A DNA stretch of 62,340 bases, the filler included, from Chiloscyllium plagiosum (lineage: Eukaryota), in assembly GCF_004010195.1 (NCBI RefSeq). It is 3 parts of one record of this genome, joined end to end, with 100 filler letters (N's around TTAATTAATTAA, not from the genome) between each part and the next. Parts side by side here need not be neighbours in the genome. Positions count along the whole stretch, not along the records: positions 21,576 to 51,933 come from NC_057716.1; positions 52,034 to 62,340 come from NC_057716.1; 1 more part is not named here. The stretch is one strand, 5' to 3'. The notes beneath the pieces were generated by a model. It was not told the origin of the DNA. It ran no database searches and worked only from the letters and a program-made list of their open reading frames with translations. This document shows positions 49,545 through 62,340 of this stretch, in pieces. Every line of letters starts with the position of its first letter. Position 1 is the stretch's first letter. The position numbers were made by a program, and so were the translations under genes.

Positions 49545-50474
49545 TTTTATATTCTTAGCTGTTTAAATTCAGGAAAAGAAAATTCAGTTTGTCATTTTTT
49601 TTTCATGATTTACATTGCCTTTCTAAATAATCTAGTATGCTTTATATTTTGACTGATATTTCAAGACTATATAGAAATCTTCTTGTACCCTGTTCAATGG
49701 TACTTTTTTTTGAGCTATAGCAACCATAATTGTTTTTGCTGCTGAATCTGAATTTGATCTTGCTAGAACTTTGTAAACCTTTGTTTTATTTTGTCCTCAT
49801 CAGTTAAAATAGCGTTACAGATACTGGAAATCAGAAACAACAGAAAAAAATGGAAACTAGCAAGTTGGATAGTACCCGCAGATGAAGAAGCAATGTTAAT
49901 TTTTTGGGGGTTGTTCTTCATTAGAACTGCTGAAAAGACTCACATAGGAATAATGTACACCTTTGAATCATTTTTCATTATGTTATCTGTTATTGGTACT
50001 ACAAATCTATTAGTCTACCTTTTTAATTGGTAGAGAAATGTAGAGTGAAAAATCAGGGCCTGTTGATCCTGCATTAGCAATGTGTGCCCAACAGAGGCCC
50101 AAGTCTATTCCAAAGTTAGGCTGCTATCTAAACATTTTGGTTGAACTTACTGGTACCTGTTACAATTCCACAGGCAACTTACCTTTTAAGGAGGGTAGCC
50201 TTGTGGGGATTGTAGTCTTACCAGCATTAATCTCTGGTACGTCCTGGGACAGGGAAAGCCAGCAGGAGCACTGGAGTGGTGTTGATTGAATCTATCAGAA
50301 GTGTGTGGAAAAGACAGAGCACTCATAACCTTCATTGCCTCACATTAAATTTTTAAGTAACTTGCATTGTTATACTTCCATAATAAATGTTAATTCCTGA
50401 GAAGAGAACTGTTGATCATCACTATCTATTTTGTCAAATACTTTTTATTCATTCACTTTCCATTGTTTTAGCAG

Positions 50475-50991
50475 AATATACCCACTGAGTTTTGTGATCA
50501 ACCTGTTCTTCAAAAAGGATTGAACTTTGTACCGGCGTATTCATGTTCGGCTACCATTGTCCCTCCAACACAACCTGTGATGACTTTTCCTCCATCTGCA
50601 GTCACATCTGCTGTCACTGAATATCCTTTAGCTCAGGTGGTTTGTGACACTGACACAGGGAGAAGTCACTGCCCACAACAACAACTAAAGGAACAAGAGC
50701 TACTGAAGTGTATCCAATGTCATTCAACTCAAATGCATCAAGGGGAAGTGTTTCAGCAAGTGGCTTGGGAAGCGCAAGGGACTGATAAATCAGATACTGA
50801 GCAAAGTGATGGGACGAGTGAAGATGATCACATAAATTTTGTGGATATTACATCAGTAAAAGACACTAGTTGTCAGACCAGCTTTGACAAGCACACAAAA
50901 CCTAAAAAGCAAAGTCCTGACAAAACAGCCAAGAAAGTGAAAACTATCAGATACTTGCTGAGTGAACTGAAGGCTGTAATTGTTGATCAAG
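50475..50991 (+). CDS. CCDC14: CCDC14 large coding exon (alternative start 50472)
   Basis: tTAGCAG acceptor, G|gtaagt donor; open frame ending SPDKTAKKVKTIRYLLSELKAVIVDQ (CCDC14 motif). The gene continues beyond this exon. Confidence 0.88.
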
Positions 50992-51084
50992 GTAAGTGCA
51001 ATAAATGCTAAATTTTCTTATTTTTGCAAGTAGAATATCTACTAACCACTCACTTAATCTTTTGCATGCACTGTGGCTTACGTT

Positions 51085-51933
51085 TTCCAATGCTATTCTG
51101 AAAGTTAGGCAGGAATTTAAAAAAGGAGGTCCTCGAGAGTAGTAATATCTGGATTACTCCCGGTGCTACTAGCTAGTGAGGGCAGGAATAGGAGGATAGA
51201 GCAGGTGAATGCATGGCTGAGGAGCTTGTGTACGGGAGAAGGATTCATATTTTTGGATCATTGGAACCTCTTTTAGGGGACAAGTGACCTGTACAAGAAG
51301 GACGGATTGCACCTAAATTGAAAGGGGAGTAATATATTGGCAGGGAGATTTGGAAGAGCTGGCAGAGAGATTTGCTAGAGCTGCTGGCGAGAATTTAAAC
51401 TAGTAAGGTGGTGGGTGGGATCAAGGGAGATAGTGAGGAAAGAGATCAATCTGAGACTGGTACAGTTGAGAACAAAAGCGAGTCAAACAGGGCAGGCAGG
51501 GACAAAACAGAGAACAAGGTAGAACTGATAAACTATTTATTTCAATGCAAGGGGCCTAACAGGGAAGGCAGATGAACTCAGGGCATGGTTAGGAACATGG
51601 GACTGGGATATCATAGCAATTACAGAAACATGGCTCAGGGATGGGCAGGACTGGCAGCTTAATGTTCCAGGATACAAATGCTACAGGAAGGATAGAAAGG
51701 GAGGCAAGAGAGGAGGAGGAGTGGCATTTTTGACAAGGGATAGCATTACAGCTGTGCTGAGGGAGGATATTCCCAGAAATACATCCAGGGAAGTTATTTG
51801 AATGGAACTGAGAACTAAGAAAGGGATGATCACCTTATTGGGATTGTATTATAGACACCCCGATAGTCAGAGGGAAATTGAGAAACAAATTGTAAGGAGA
51901 TCCCAGCTATCTGTAAGAATAATAGGGTAGTTA
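51085..51933 (+). mobile_element. CR1 fragment (end of ORF1 esterase, start of APE)
   Basis: DLYKKDGLHLN; YFNARGL..IAITETWL. Confidence 0.85.
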
Positions 51934-52033
51934 NNNNNNNNNNNNNNNNNNNNNNNNNNNNNNNNNNNNNNNNNNNNTTAATTAATTAANNNNNNNNNNN
52001 NNNNNNNNNNNNNNNNNNNNNNNNNNNNNNNNN
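51934..52033. other. 100-bp scaffold spacer with artificial TTAATTAATTAA linker
   Basis: 44 N + linker (51978-51989) + 44 N. Confidence 0.95.
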
Positions 52034-54377
52034 ACTACCCCTGCTCATGACTCTACCCCCATTCCCCCCACCATCACACCCACTCCAGGTACTGGCTCCG
52101 ACCCCACTCCCAGCTCTACACCCACACCAGCTCCCAGCTCCCAGCCCTGCCGAGTTTTCTCCATCCCTCCAGACCTCTCCCTCACTGAGGACGAACGATC
52201 AGTCCTCAGCAAAGGACTCACCTTCATCCCCCTCCGTCCACCCATCAATGAATATAATACACGCCGTGACGTCGAACAATTCTTCCATCGCCTGCGCCTC
52301 CGAGCTTACTTTCACAATCAGGATTCCTGCCCACCTTCCAAGGACTCCTTCGCCCACCTTCAACACACTGCATGCACCTGGACACCCCACGCTAGCCTAT
52401 TACCTGCCCTCGACCTCTTCATTTCCAACTGCTGCCGGGACATTAACCACCTCAACTATCTACCTCCCTCCCCCACTCCAAACTCTCACCCTCACAACGC
52501 GGAGCCCTCCAATCCCTCTGCTCCAATCCCAACCTCACTATCAAGCCAGCGGATATAGGGGGCACAGTGGTAGTCTGGCGCACTGACCTCTACACCGCTG
52601 AAGTCAAACGCCAACTCAAGGACACCTCTTCCTACTGCCCCCTCGAACATGAACCCACACCCCCATCACCACACCATCATCTCCCAGACCATACAGAACC
52701 TCATCACCTCAGGAGATCTCCCACTCACAGCTTCCAACCTCATAGTCCGGGAACACCGCACTGCTCGGTTCTACCTCCTTCCCAAGATCCACAAGCCTGA
52801 CCACCCTGGCCGACCCATTGTCTCAGCATGCTCCTGCCCCACTGAACTCATCTCTACCTACCTCAACACTGTCCTATCCCCCCCAGTCCAGGAGCTCCCC
52901 ACATACATTCGAGACACCACCCACGCCCTCCACCTCCTCCAAGACTTCAGTTTCCCCGGCCCCCAACACCTCATCTTCACCATGGATATCCAATCCCTCT
53001 ACACCTCCATCCACCATGACCAGAGCCTCCAAGCCCTCCGTTTTATTCCTCTCCAGATGTCCCTAACAGTACCCTTCCACCGACACTCTCATTTGTTTGG
53101 CCGAACTGGTCCTTACCCTTAACAATTTCTCATTTGAATCCTCCCACTTCCTCCAGACCAAAGAGGTAGCCATGGGCACACNNNNNNNNNNNNNNNNNNN
53201 NNNNNNNNNNNNNNNNNNNNNNNNNNNNNNNNNNNNNNNNNNNNNNNNNNNNNNNNNNNNNNNNNNNNNNNNNNNNNNNNNNNNNNNNNNNNNNNNNNNN
53301 NNNNNNNNNNNNNNNNNNNNNNNNNNNNNNNNNNNNNNNNNNNNNNNNNNNNNNNNNNNNNNNNNNNNNNNNNNNNNNNNNNNNNNNNNNNNNNNNNNNN
53401 NNNNNNNNNNNNNNNNNNNNNNNNNNNNNNNNNNNNNNNNNNNNNNNNNNNNNNNNNNNNNNNNNNNNNNNNNNNNNNNNNNNNNNNNNNNNNNNNNNNN
53501 NNNNNNNNNNNNNNNNNNNNNNNNNNNNNNNNNNNNNNNNNNNNNNNNNNNNNNNNNNNNNNNNNNNNNNNNNNNNNNNNNNNNNNNNNNNNNNNNNNNN
53601 NNNNNNNNNNNNNNNNNNNNNNNNNNNNNNNNNNNNNNNNNNNNNNNNNNNNNNNNNNNNNNNNNNNNNNNNNNNNNNNNNNNNNNNNNNNNNNNNNNNN
53701 NNNNNNNNNNNNNNNNNNNNNNNNNNNNNNNNNNNNNNNNNNNNNNNNNNNNNNNNNNNNNNNNNNNNNNNNNNNNNNNNNNNNNNNNNNNNNNNNNNNN
53801 NNNNNNNNNNNNNNNNNNNNNNNNNNNNNNNNNNNNNNNNNNNNNNNNNNNNNNNNNNNNNNNNNNNNNNNNNNNCAACATTTCAACTCCCCCTCCCACT
53901 CTGCCGAGGACATGGAGGTCCTGGGCCTCCTTCACCGCCGCTCCCTCACCACAAGACGCCTGGAGGAAGAACGCCTCATCTTCCGCCTCGGAACACCTCA
54001 ACGCCAGGGCATCAATGTGGACTTCAACAGTTTCCTCATTTCCCCTTCCCCCACCTCATCCTAGTTCCAAACTTCCAGCTCAGCACTGTCGCCATTACTT
54101 GTCCGGACTTGTCCTACCTGCCTATCTCCTTTTCCACCTATCCACTCCACCCTCTCCTCCCTGACCTATCACCTTCATCCCTTTCCCCCACTCACCTGTT
54201 GTATTCTATGCTACTTTCTCCCCACCCCCACACTCCTCTAGCTTATATCTCCACACTTCGGGCTCTCTGCGTTTATTCCTGATGCAGGGCTTTTGCCCGA
54301 AACGTCGATTTCGCTGCTCCTCGGATGCTGCCTAAACTGCTGTGCTCTTCCAGCATCTGCAGTCATTGTTTTTACCT
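52034..54377 (+). mobile_element. Penelope-like element (RT, gap 53182-53875, 3' end and terminal repeat)
   Basis: RTARFYLLPKIHKPDHPGRPIVS, FTMDIQSLYTSI, VAMGT; hammerhead-like CTGATGC-agggcttttgccc-GAAAC-GTC at 54279-54306. Confidence 0.88.
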
Positions 54378-54378
54378 T

Positions 54379-55938
54379 GTCCTATAATAGTAGTGTTGTC
54401 CCAGTCGAATTCATGTGCCATGCCTCTAGGAATTCCCTGGCTGTTCTCTGTTTGGCTTGTCCTATAATAGTAGTGTTGTCCCAGTCGAATTCATGTTGCT
54501 TGTCATCTGCGTGTGTGGTTACTACGGATTGCTGGTCGTGTCGTTTCGTGGCTAGTTGGTGTTCATGGATGCGGATCGTTAGCTGTCTTCCTGTTTGTCC
54601 TATGTAGTGTTTTGTACAGTCCTTGCATGGGGCTTTGTACACCACATTGGTTTTGCTCATGCTGGGTGTCAGTTCTTTCGTTCTGGTGAGTTGTTGTCTG
54701 AGAGTGGCTGTTGGTTTGTGTGCTGTTATGAGTCCTAGTGGTCGCAGTAGTCTGGCTGTCAGTTCGGAAATGCTCTTGATATATGGTAGTGTAGCTTGTC
54801 CTTTGGGTTGTGGCATGTCCTCGTTCCGTTGTCTTTTCTTTCGGCATCTGTTGATGAAATTGCGGGGGTATCCGTTTTTGGTGAATACATTGTATAGACG
54901 TTCTTCTTCCTCTTTTTGCAGTTTTTTTAGATTTTAGATTACATTACAGTGTGGAAACAGGCCCTTCGGCCCAACAAGTCCACACCGACACGCCGAAGTG
55001 CAACCCACCCATACCCCTACATTTACCCCTTACCTAACACTACGGGCAATTTAACATGGCCAATTCACCTTACCTGCACATCTTTGGACAGTGGGAGGAA
55101 ACCAGAGCACCCGGAGGAAACCCACACAGACATGGGGAGAATGTGCAAACTCCACACAGTCAGTTGCCTGAGGCGGGAATTGAACCCGGGTCTCTGGCGC
55201 TGTGAGGCAGCAGTGCTAACCACTGTGCCACCGTGCCGCCCATGAACACACAGACCAAGTCCTAAACTACGAAAGCAACCATCCCAACACACACAAAAAA
55301 AGTTGCATCAAGACACTATTCAAAAGAGCCACAACACACTGAAGTACACCAGAACTGCAAAAAGAGGAAGAAGAACACCTATACAATGTATTCGCCAAAA
55401 ACAGATACCCCTGCAATTTCATCAACAGATGCCTAAGAGAAAGGCATCGGAACGAGGACATGCCGCAATCCAAAGGACTAGCTACACTACCATACATCAA
55501 GAGCATTTCTGAACTGACAGCCAGACTACTGCGACCACTCGGTCTCATAACAGCACACAAACCAACAGCCACTCTCAGACAACAACTCACCAAAACGAAG
55601 GACCCGACACCACCAACTAGTCACGAAACGACACGACCAGCTATCCCTAGTAGCCACACACGCAGATGACAAGCAACATGAATTCGACTGGGACAACACT
55701 ACTATTATAGGACAAGCCAAACAGAGAACAGCCAGGGAATTCCTAGAGGCATGGCACTCATCCACAGATTCAATCGATAAGCACATCGACCTGGACCCAA
55801 TATACCGACCACTGCAGCGGACAGCTGGAACTGACAACCGAAAGTGGCAGATTCAAACCACTATAAATGCTGGAGGAAAGATCACAGAAGCGCTTCACAG
55901 GAGACTCCCAAGCACTGAGGATGCCACCTAGACAGGGT
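54379..55938. mobile_element. Two oppositely oriented Penelope-like 3' segments (minus 54379-54922, plus 55242-55938)
   Basis: GIY-YIG VYKAPCKDCTKHYIGQTGR on minus; the homologous plus copy has an internal deletion and a truncated hammerhead core. Confidence 0.88.
54927..55241 (-). mobile_element. Full-length V-SINE
   Basis: Matches the other copies. Confidence 0.9.
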
Positions 55939-56489
55939 ACTTATATTTTAAGAATTACGCAGCCACCCTGCCTCAATGCCTAACCAACTACTCCAGAGTA
56001 TAAGTATCCCAGGCCTGAAAAGGGTTCTAACAGTCTCAGAGGGGTTTGTTGCTTGTCGAGTGGAGTTCTCTCTCTGCCTCGAGTGTTGGTGCAGATTTTC
56101 AAAGTCCGAGGTCGCAGACAGGGTGGATGTCTTCAGCCTCAAAGGATAGGTGTCCAGAGACGCAGTGAGGTCAGAGCAAGTGAAAAGGAAAGGAGCCCCG
56201 ATAGCTGGCCCTGCTGCACCCCCCCCCCCCTTTACCCTTGTGATTCCAAAGGGCCGGCTGGCTCCGCCCCTCGGGTAATTCCATTTCACAAAGCATCTCC
56301 GGTGATTGCTGGGGCCGGTTTAATCTCATCATTAGTGAAAACAAAAGGGTTAATACCTTCCCAAATTTGCTTAACTGAAATTTTGATGATTCATGGAGCC
56401 TCCCAAACTGTTTTCAGATTAGAGTAAATCGTTATCCCATGAACTAAATAGGCTCCATTGTTCACAGTTTCAGGGTTTTTTGGTAACAA

Positions 56490-56812
56490 TTAGATTAGAT
56501 TAGATTACTTACAGTGTGGAAACAGGCCCTTTGGCCCAACAAGTCCACACCGACCCTCCGAAGAACAACCCACCCAGACCCATTCCCCTACATTTACCCC
56601 TTACCAAACACTACAGGCAATTTAGCATGGCCAATTCACCCAACCTGCACATCTTTGGATTGTGGGAGGAAACCGGAGCACCCGGAGGAAACCCACGCAG
56701 ACTCGGGGAGAATGTGCAAACTCCACACAGACAGTTGCCTGAGGCAGGAATTGAACCCAGGTCTCTGGCGCTGTGAGGCAGCAGTGCTAACCACTGTGCC
56801 ACCGTACCACCC
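56490..56812 (-). mobile_element. Full-length V-SINE
   Basis: Matches the other copies. Confidence 0.9.
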
Positions 56813-58474
56813 CTTTTTTAATATCAGATACAGAGAACAGTATATATTCCCCTAACTGTAATGTCTTATACTACATCCACTTTGCTTATTAACTCCCCAA
56901 CACTTTAGGTTAGAAATGTCGACCAGGTTGACCAGTTTTTCACAAAAGGGCATTTTCTTTCAGTTTTTCCTTTTAAAACTGAGGATTGCCCTGAAACTGC
57001 TACCGGTGACTTGATTAAAGTCTATTGACGTTCTGATTGGTCTTGACAATATTGAAATGGAAGGTTTTGACCTCTTGTGGGTGAATTCAGTTATTTTCCT
57101 TTCTTTTCTTTTTTCTCTCTTTTTCACAGTCCTGGAGCAGCGTGCAGGAAAGCAGTCCTGGAGCAGTGTGAGGGGAAATCCAAGTTCCAGAGCAGCACAA
57201 CTTACCTTGGTGCAGGTGAGTGCCAGTGTGGAGTGGACTGGAGGCTTGGAGTAGAGCGGGACAGTTGATGGACTCGGGCCTGGCGCGAGTGGTCAGACCA
57301 TGTGTTCGCTGAGCTTCTGCAATGCTGCTACAATTTAATGTCTAATTGAAATTCTTTACCAAACTATAGTGTCAATCTTTTAACTATATTATCACTATCT
57401 TATTTCCAACTTATTTTTTAGACACTGTAAGTAATGCTACTACTTTTCCTTTTATTCCTCTTTTGAATCCAAGATTTCTACCTTGGTAGTACTTAAGATG
57501 GTGGCATTAGAGGCAGCCATCATAAAATCTTTCCACTGTACTCATGTGCCACACGTGACAATAAAGGATATTCTATTCTATTGTATTCTATTTTATTCTA
57601 TGGGTTAGAGGTTGCCCTTTTAGGTCAGAGATGAGTAGAACTTTTCTTTCACTCAGAGGATTGTATAACTTCGAAACTCAGAATGTGCTAAAGGTCATTG
57701 AACTGCCTTACGCCATATTAAGCCATAAATAGATTCTTATTAGGCAACAGAATCAAATGTTATTGTGAGTGAATGATAATGTAGAGTTCAAAATACATTT
57801 AGTTAAGCTATGGTCATGTTGAATAGCAGAATAAGTTGCCAAATGGCCTACTCCTGCTCCTAACTCATGTGTATATGTTTTCTATTAATAGCATTTCCAA
57901 CAATTTTTTTTTAAACCTTTCTTCATATAACTGACTTTCTAGCCCCTTCACACAATTCTCTTACACTAGCTCACTGGTTTTCACAGAATGTATTTGATAT
58001 TAACACTGTTTTCCATTAAAAGGTGAAACTGGAAATCCTATTAGGTCCTACTCTTTTCAAGCCATTAATATATTCTCTATTCTTCCAGACCTCAATTTCA
58101 CAGATGATTATTTGTTCCTTCTGCAAAAAAAAATCAATCACTTGAAATGTAATTTTAGTATTAAACAGGTTTCAAAAACAGTTGGATAATTCAGACATCA
58201 AATTGATTTTGGTAACTGATGCAGCTGACAACTTTGAATTATTTTTGTGATTGCTGTCATAATAGAAAATGGCTTTTTTTTTGCTGCAAAAGTGCACCTT
58301 AATCTTTTAACACTTTCTTGATCAAAAATGTTGCTTTTGCACTATTTATACTTTGTTTCATGTGGCAAAATTGTTTCCATGCACTTTTTAATTCTTCTTA
58401 TCCACAATGTTTATTAATTTTCATCATGCGGAGTCAACTTTGCTGACTTACTAAATTTTGATACAGAAATAAAT

Positions 58475-59977
58475 TATGGATGTGGGTTTGCTTGCTGAGC
58501 TGGAAGATTTGTTTTCTGACGTTTCATCACCAAACTATTAACATCTTCAGTGAACCTCCAGATGAAGTGTTGATGACATGGCCGGCTTTCTATTTAAGTG
58601 TTTAGTCTTCCTTGGGTTGTGATGTCATTTCCTGTGGCAATGTCATTTCCTGTTCTTTTTCTCAGGGGGTGGTAAGTGGGATCCAAGTCAATGTGTCTGT
58701 TGGAAGACTTCCAGTTGGAATGCCATGCTTCTAAGAATTCTCATGTGTGTCTCTCTTTGGCTTTTCCTAAGATGGATGTGTTGTCCCAGTCAAAGTGGTG
58801 TCCTTCCACATCTGTGTGTAAAGATACTAGAGAAAGTGGGTCATGTCTTTTTGTGGCTAGGTGATGTTCATGTATCCTGGTGGCTAGTTTTCTGCCTGTT
58901 TGTCCAATGTAATGTTTGTTACAGTTCTTGTAAGGTATTTTGTAAATAACATTAGTTTTGTTTGTTGTCTGTATAGGGCCTTTCAAGTTCATGTTTTAGT
59001 ATGTTGTTGGGTTTGTGCGCTAGCGTGATGCCAAGAGGTCTGAGTAGTCTGGCAGTCATTTCTGAGATGTCTTTGATGTGGGGGAGAGTGGCTAGGGTTT
59101 CTGGACAAATTTTGTCTGCTTGTTGGGGTTTGTTGCTGAGAAATCGATGGACTGTGTTCATTGGGTACCCGTTCTTTTTGAATACACTGTAAAGGTGATT
59201 TTCCTTTGCTCTGCATAGATCCTCTGTGCTGCAGTGTGTGGTGGCTCATTGAAATAATTTTCTAATGCAGCTTTGTTTGCGGGTGTTGGGATGATTGCTT
59301 CTGTCGTTCAGTATTTGGTCAGAATGTGTTGTTTTCCTGTAGATGTTGGTTTGAAGCTTCCCATTGGCTGTTCGTTCTACTGCGACATCTAGGAATGACA
59401 GTTTGTTGTTGTTTTCCTCCTCTTTAGTGAATTTTATGCCAGTAAGGGTATTTTTGATGGTCTTGAAGGTTTCCTCTAATTTGTTTTGTTTAGTGATGAC
59501 GAAGGTGTCATACATATCACGGTCCCAAAGTTTGGGTTGGATTGTTGACAGAGCTGTTTGTTTGAGTCTCTGCATTACTGCCTCTGCTAAGAACCCTGAT
59601 ATCAGAGATCCCATGGGTGTTCCGTTGGTTTGTCTGTAGGTTTTGTTATTGGAAGTGAAGTGGGTGGTAAGGCATAGGTCTACTAGTTTGATGATACAGT
59701 CCTTGCTGATGAAGTTGGTGGTGTTTGGTGTATGTGTCTTTAGTTCTTCTAATAATGTAGTCAGTGTTTCTTTAGCCAGGTTGATGTTAATGGATGTGAA
59801 CAGGGCTGTTATGTCAAAGGAGACCATTATTTAATCCTCTTGTATCTTGGTATCTTTGATGGTCTTCAGGAATTCTTGGGTGGAGTGGATGGAGTGGCGT
59901 GAGCCTTCTACTAAGTGTTTTAGTCTTTGGTGTAGCTCCTTGGCCAATCTGTAAGTTGGTGTTCCAGTTAGCGAGAC
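58475..59977 (-). mobile_element. Penelope-like element (RT + GIY-YIG + terminal repeat), decayed
   Basis: VSFDITALFTSI, GTPMGSLIS, FLDV, IYKIPYKNCNKHYIGQTGR; hammerhead core CTGAAGA..GAAAC-GTC on minus at 58518-58550. Confidence 0.9.
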
Positions 59978-59979
59978 TA

Positions 59980-61372
59980 TGGATCTGCCAGGGAACTATA
60001 GACCAGTGAGCCTGAAGTCAGTGGTAGGCAAGTTGTTGCAGAGAATCTTGAGGGACAGGATGTACATGTATTTGGAAAGGCAAGGATTGATTAGGGATAG
60101 TCAACATGGCTTTGTGCATGGGAAATCATGTCTCATAAACTTGATTGAGTTTTTGAAGAAGTAACAAAGAGGATGGATGAGGGCAGAGCGGTAGATGTGA
60201 TCTCTATGGGCTTCAGTAAGGCATTCAACAAGGTTCCCCATGGGAGACTGGTTGGCAAGGTTAGATCACATGGAATACAGGGAGAACTAGCCATTTGGAT
60301 ACAGAATTGGCTGAAGGACAGAAGACAGAGGATGGTGGTGGAGGGTTGTTTTTCAGACTGGAGGCCTGTGACCAGTGGAGTGCCACAAGGATCGGCGCTG
60401 GGCCTTCTACTTTTTGTCATTTATATAAATGATTTTGTGTGAGCATAAAAGGTATAGTTAGTAAGTTTGCAGATGACACCAAAATAGGAGGTGTAGTAGA
60501 CAGCGAAGAGGGTTACCTCAGATTACAATGGGATCTTGATCAGATGTGCCAATGGGCTGAGAAGTAGCAGATGGAGTTTAATTTAGATTAATGTGAGGTG
60601 CTGTATTTTGGGAAAGTAATTCTTAGCAGGACTTATACACTAAATGGTAAGGTCCTAGGGAGTGTTGCTGAACAAAGAGACCTTGGAGTGCAGGTTCATA
60701 ATTCCTTGAAAGTAGAGTTGCAGGTCGATAGGATAGTGAAGAAGGCATTTGGTATGCTTTCCTATATTGGTCACAGTACTGAGTAAAGGATTTGGGAGGT
60801 CATGTTGCGGCTGTACAGGACATTGGTTAGGCCACTGTTGGAATATTGCGTGCAATTCTGGTCTCCTTCCTATTGGAAAGATATTGTGAAACTTGAAAGG
60901 GTTCAGAAAAGATTTACAAGGATGTTACCAGGGTGGGAGGATTTGAGCTACAGGGAGAGGTTGAATAGGCTGGGGCTGTTTTCCCTGGAGCGTCGGAGGC
61001 TGAGGGGTGACCTTAAAGATGTTTACAAAATCATGAGGGGCACGGATAGGATAAGCAAAGAATTTTTCTCTTGGGTGTGGGTGTCCAGAACTAGAGGGCT
61101 TAGATTTAGGGTGAGAGGGGAAAGATATAAAAGAGACCTAAGGGACAACTTTTCATGCAGAGGGTGGTAAGTGTATGGAATGAGTTGCCAAAGGAAGTGG
61201 TGGAGGCAAGTACAATTGCAATATTTAAAAGAATGAGTATATGAATAGGAAGGGCTTGGAGAGATATGGGCCTGCTGCTGGCAGGTGGGAGTGGATTGGG
61301 TTGGGGTATCTGATCGGCATGGATGAATTGGACTGAGGAGTCTACTTCCAAGCTGTACATCTCTATGACTCT
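59980..61372 (+). mobile_element. CR1 LINE 3' part
   Basis: [26 protein letters not shown]; tail tctatgactctg. Confidence 0.92.
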
Positions 61373-61375
61373 GAT

Positions 61376-62340
61376 TCTAAGTCAGAGTCGACGCCAACGG
61401 TCATTTTGAGTGCGAGCAGCAGCTGAGTTTAAACGAACCCGGAAGACTACAGCTAAGGTAAGACAGTTTGTTTTAAAATTACTTACCGGTAGCGGGCAGC
61501 GGTGTTTTTTTTTCTCTTCACAGAAAGAGCGGGAGCAGCAGGGGGAAGTGACGACGACCAGAGGGGCAGCCGGGAAGGAAAGCAGTGAGTATATAAATCA
61601 GGAAGGCGGCTAAATCCGAGACTCTACAACCGTAGTGTCTCCCACCCGCCCTCCTCCTCTAACCCCCTTACTAAGTACTGTTTATCTATTAATTGTTTTT
61701 TTTTGAAAAAAAAGACTATAGCAGAGAGGTATCAGGAAGTATTTTAACTCAAACCTGTACAAAGTAATAAATTAATTAACTAAGCAGAGATGGCTTGGTC
61801 AGGTGGTGTGCTGTAGCTGTATGATGTGGAAGCTGGCTGATCCCATTGTGAACGGCAGTGACCACAGCAGCAGCAAGTGTTGGTTGCTGGAAGAACTCCG
61901 GATCAGAGTTGATGATCTGGAATCTGAGCTTCAAACACTGCGGCACATCCGGGAGGGGGAGAGTTACCTGGACACTTTGTTTCAGGAGGCAGTCACACCT
62001 GGAAGATTAAGTAATTCACATCCAGTTAGTGATCAGGGACATCAGAGTGTGACTGTAAGTGAGGCAGGTAGGGGGAACCGGAGTTCAGGAGTGGAGGAGC
62101 CTCAGCCCTTGACCTTGTCCAACAGGTACGAGATTCTTGCTCCCTGTTCGGATGAGGAAAAAGGCTCTGGACAGGATGAGCCAACTGACCAAGGCACCAT
62201 GGTCCAGAAGGCCATTCAAGAGGGGGGAGCAAAAAGACAAGTAGTTGTTATAGGGGATTCTATAATTAGGGGGACAGATAGTATCCTTTCCAAGCCGGAT
62301 CGGGAGTCTCGCATGGTGTGTTGCCTACCCGGTGCCAGGG
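61376..62340 (+). mobile_element. CR1 LINE 5' UTR and ORF1 start
   Basis: After ATG at about 61790: CCSCMMW..SKCW zinc-finger remnant, leucine-zipper-like segment, VVIGDSIIRG esterase motif. Confidence 0.78.

Noticed and set aside
52047..52586. Pro-rich 179-aa ORF
   Set aside because: Off-frame reading of C-rich Penelope sequence.
57130..57215. Exon-like segment with pyrimidine tract, AG and GTGAGT
   Set aside because: No resemblance to CCDC14, and it lies in an apparent repeat ending in an (ATTCT)n tail near 57570-57600.
1..62340. CRISPR array or prokaryotic/viral system
   Set aside because: No regularly spaced repeat-spacer array or operon-like ORFs; the content is vertebrate exons and retroelements.

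Overview
Vertebrate genomic DNA, probably from a shark (inferred from HE1/V-SINE copies plus abundant CR1 and Penelope elements). It has four N gaps, two of them 100-bp spacers carrying an artificial TTAATTAATTAA linker. Genes: (i) the last two coding exons of the kalirin (KALRN) C-terminal Ser/Thr kinase domain on the minus strand (16.9-18.2 kb); (ii) the 5' part of CCDC14 on the plus strand, with a CpG-rich promoter near 29.8-30.1 kb and eight phase-consistent coding exons out to 51 kb; (iii) a decayed intronless cyclophilin (PPIA-like) pseudogene at about 11.5-12.0 kb that the ORF track misses. Most of the rest is transposable element sequence: CR1 LINEs, Penelope-like elements, V-SINEs, a Tx1-type L1, two TA-flanked Tigger/pogo-type MITEs and a solo LTR. 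The most interesting signal is a set of at least nine minimal hammerhead-ribozyme motifs in Penelope terminal repeats. Three of them sit at the centre of ~200-bp hairpin elements flanked by 10-15-bp target-site duplications. All family assignments come from motif recognition, not database searches, and repeat boundaries are approximate.
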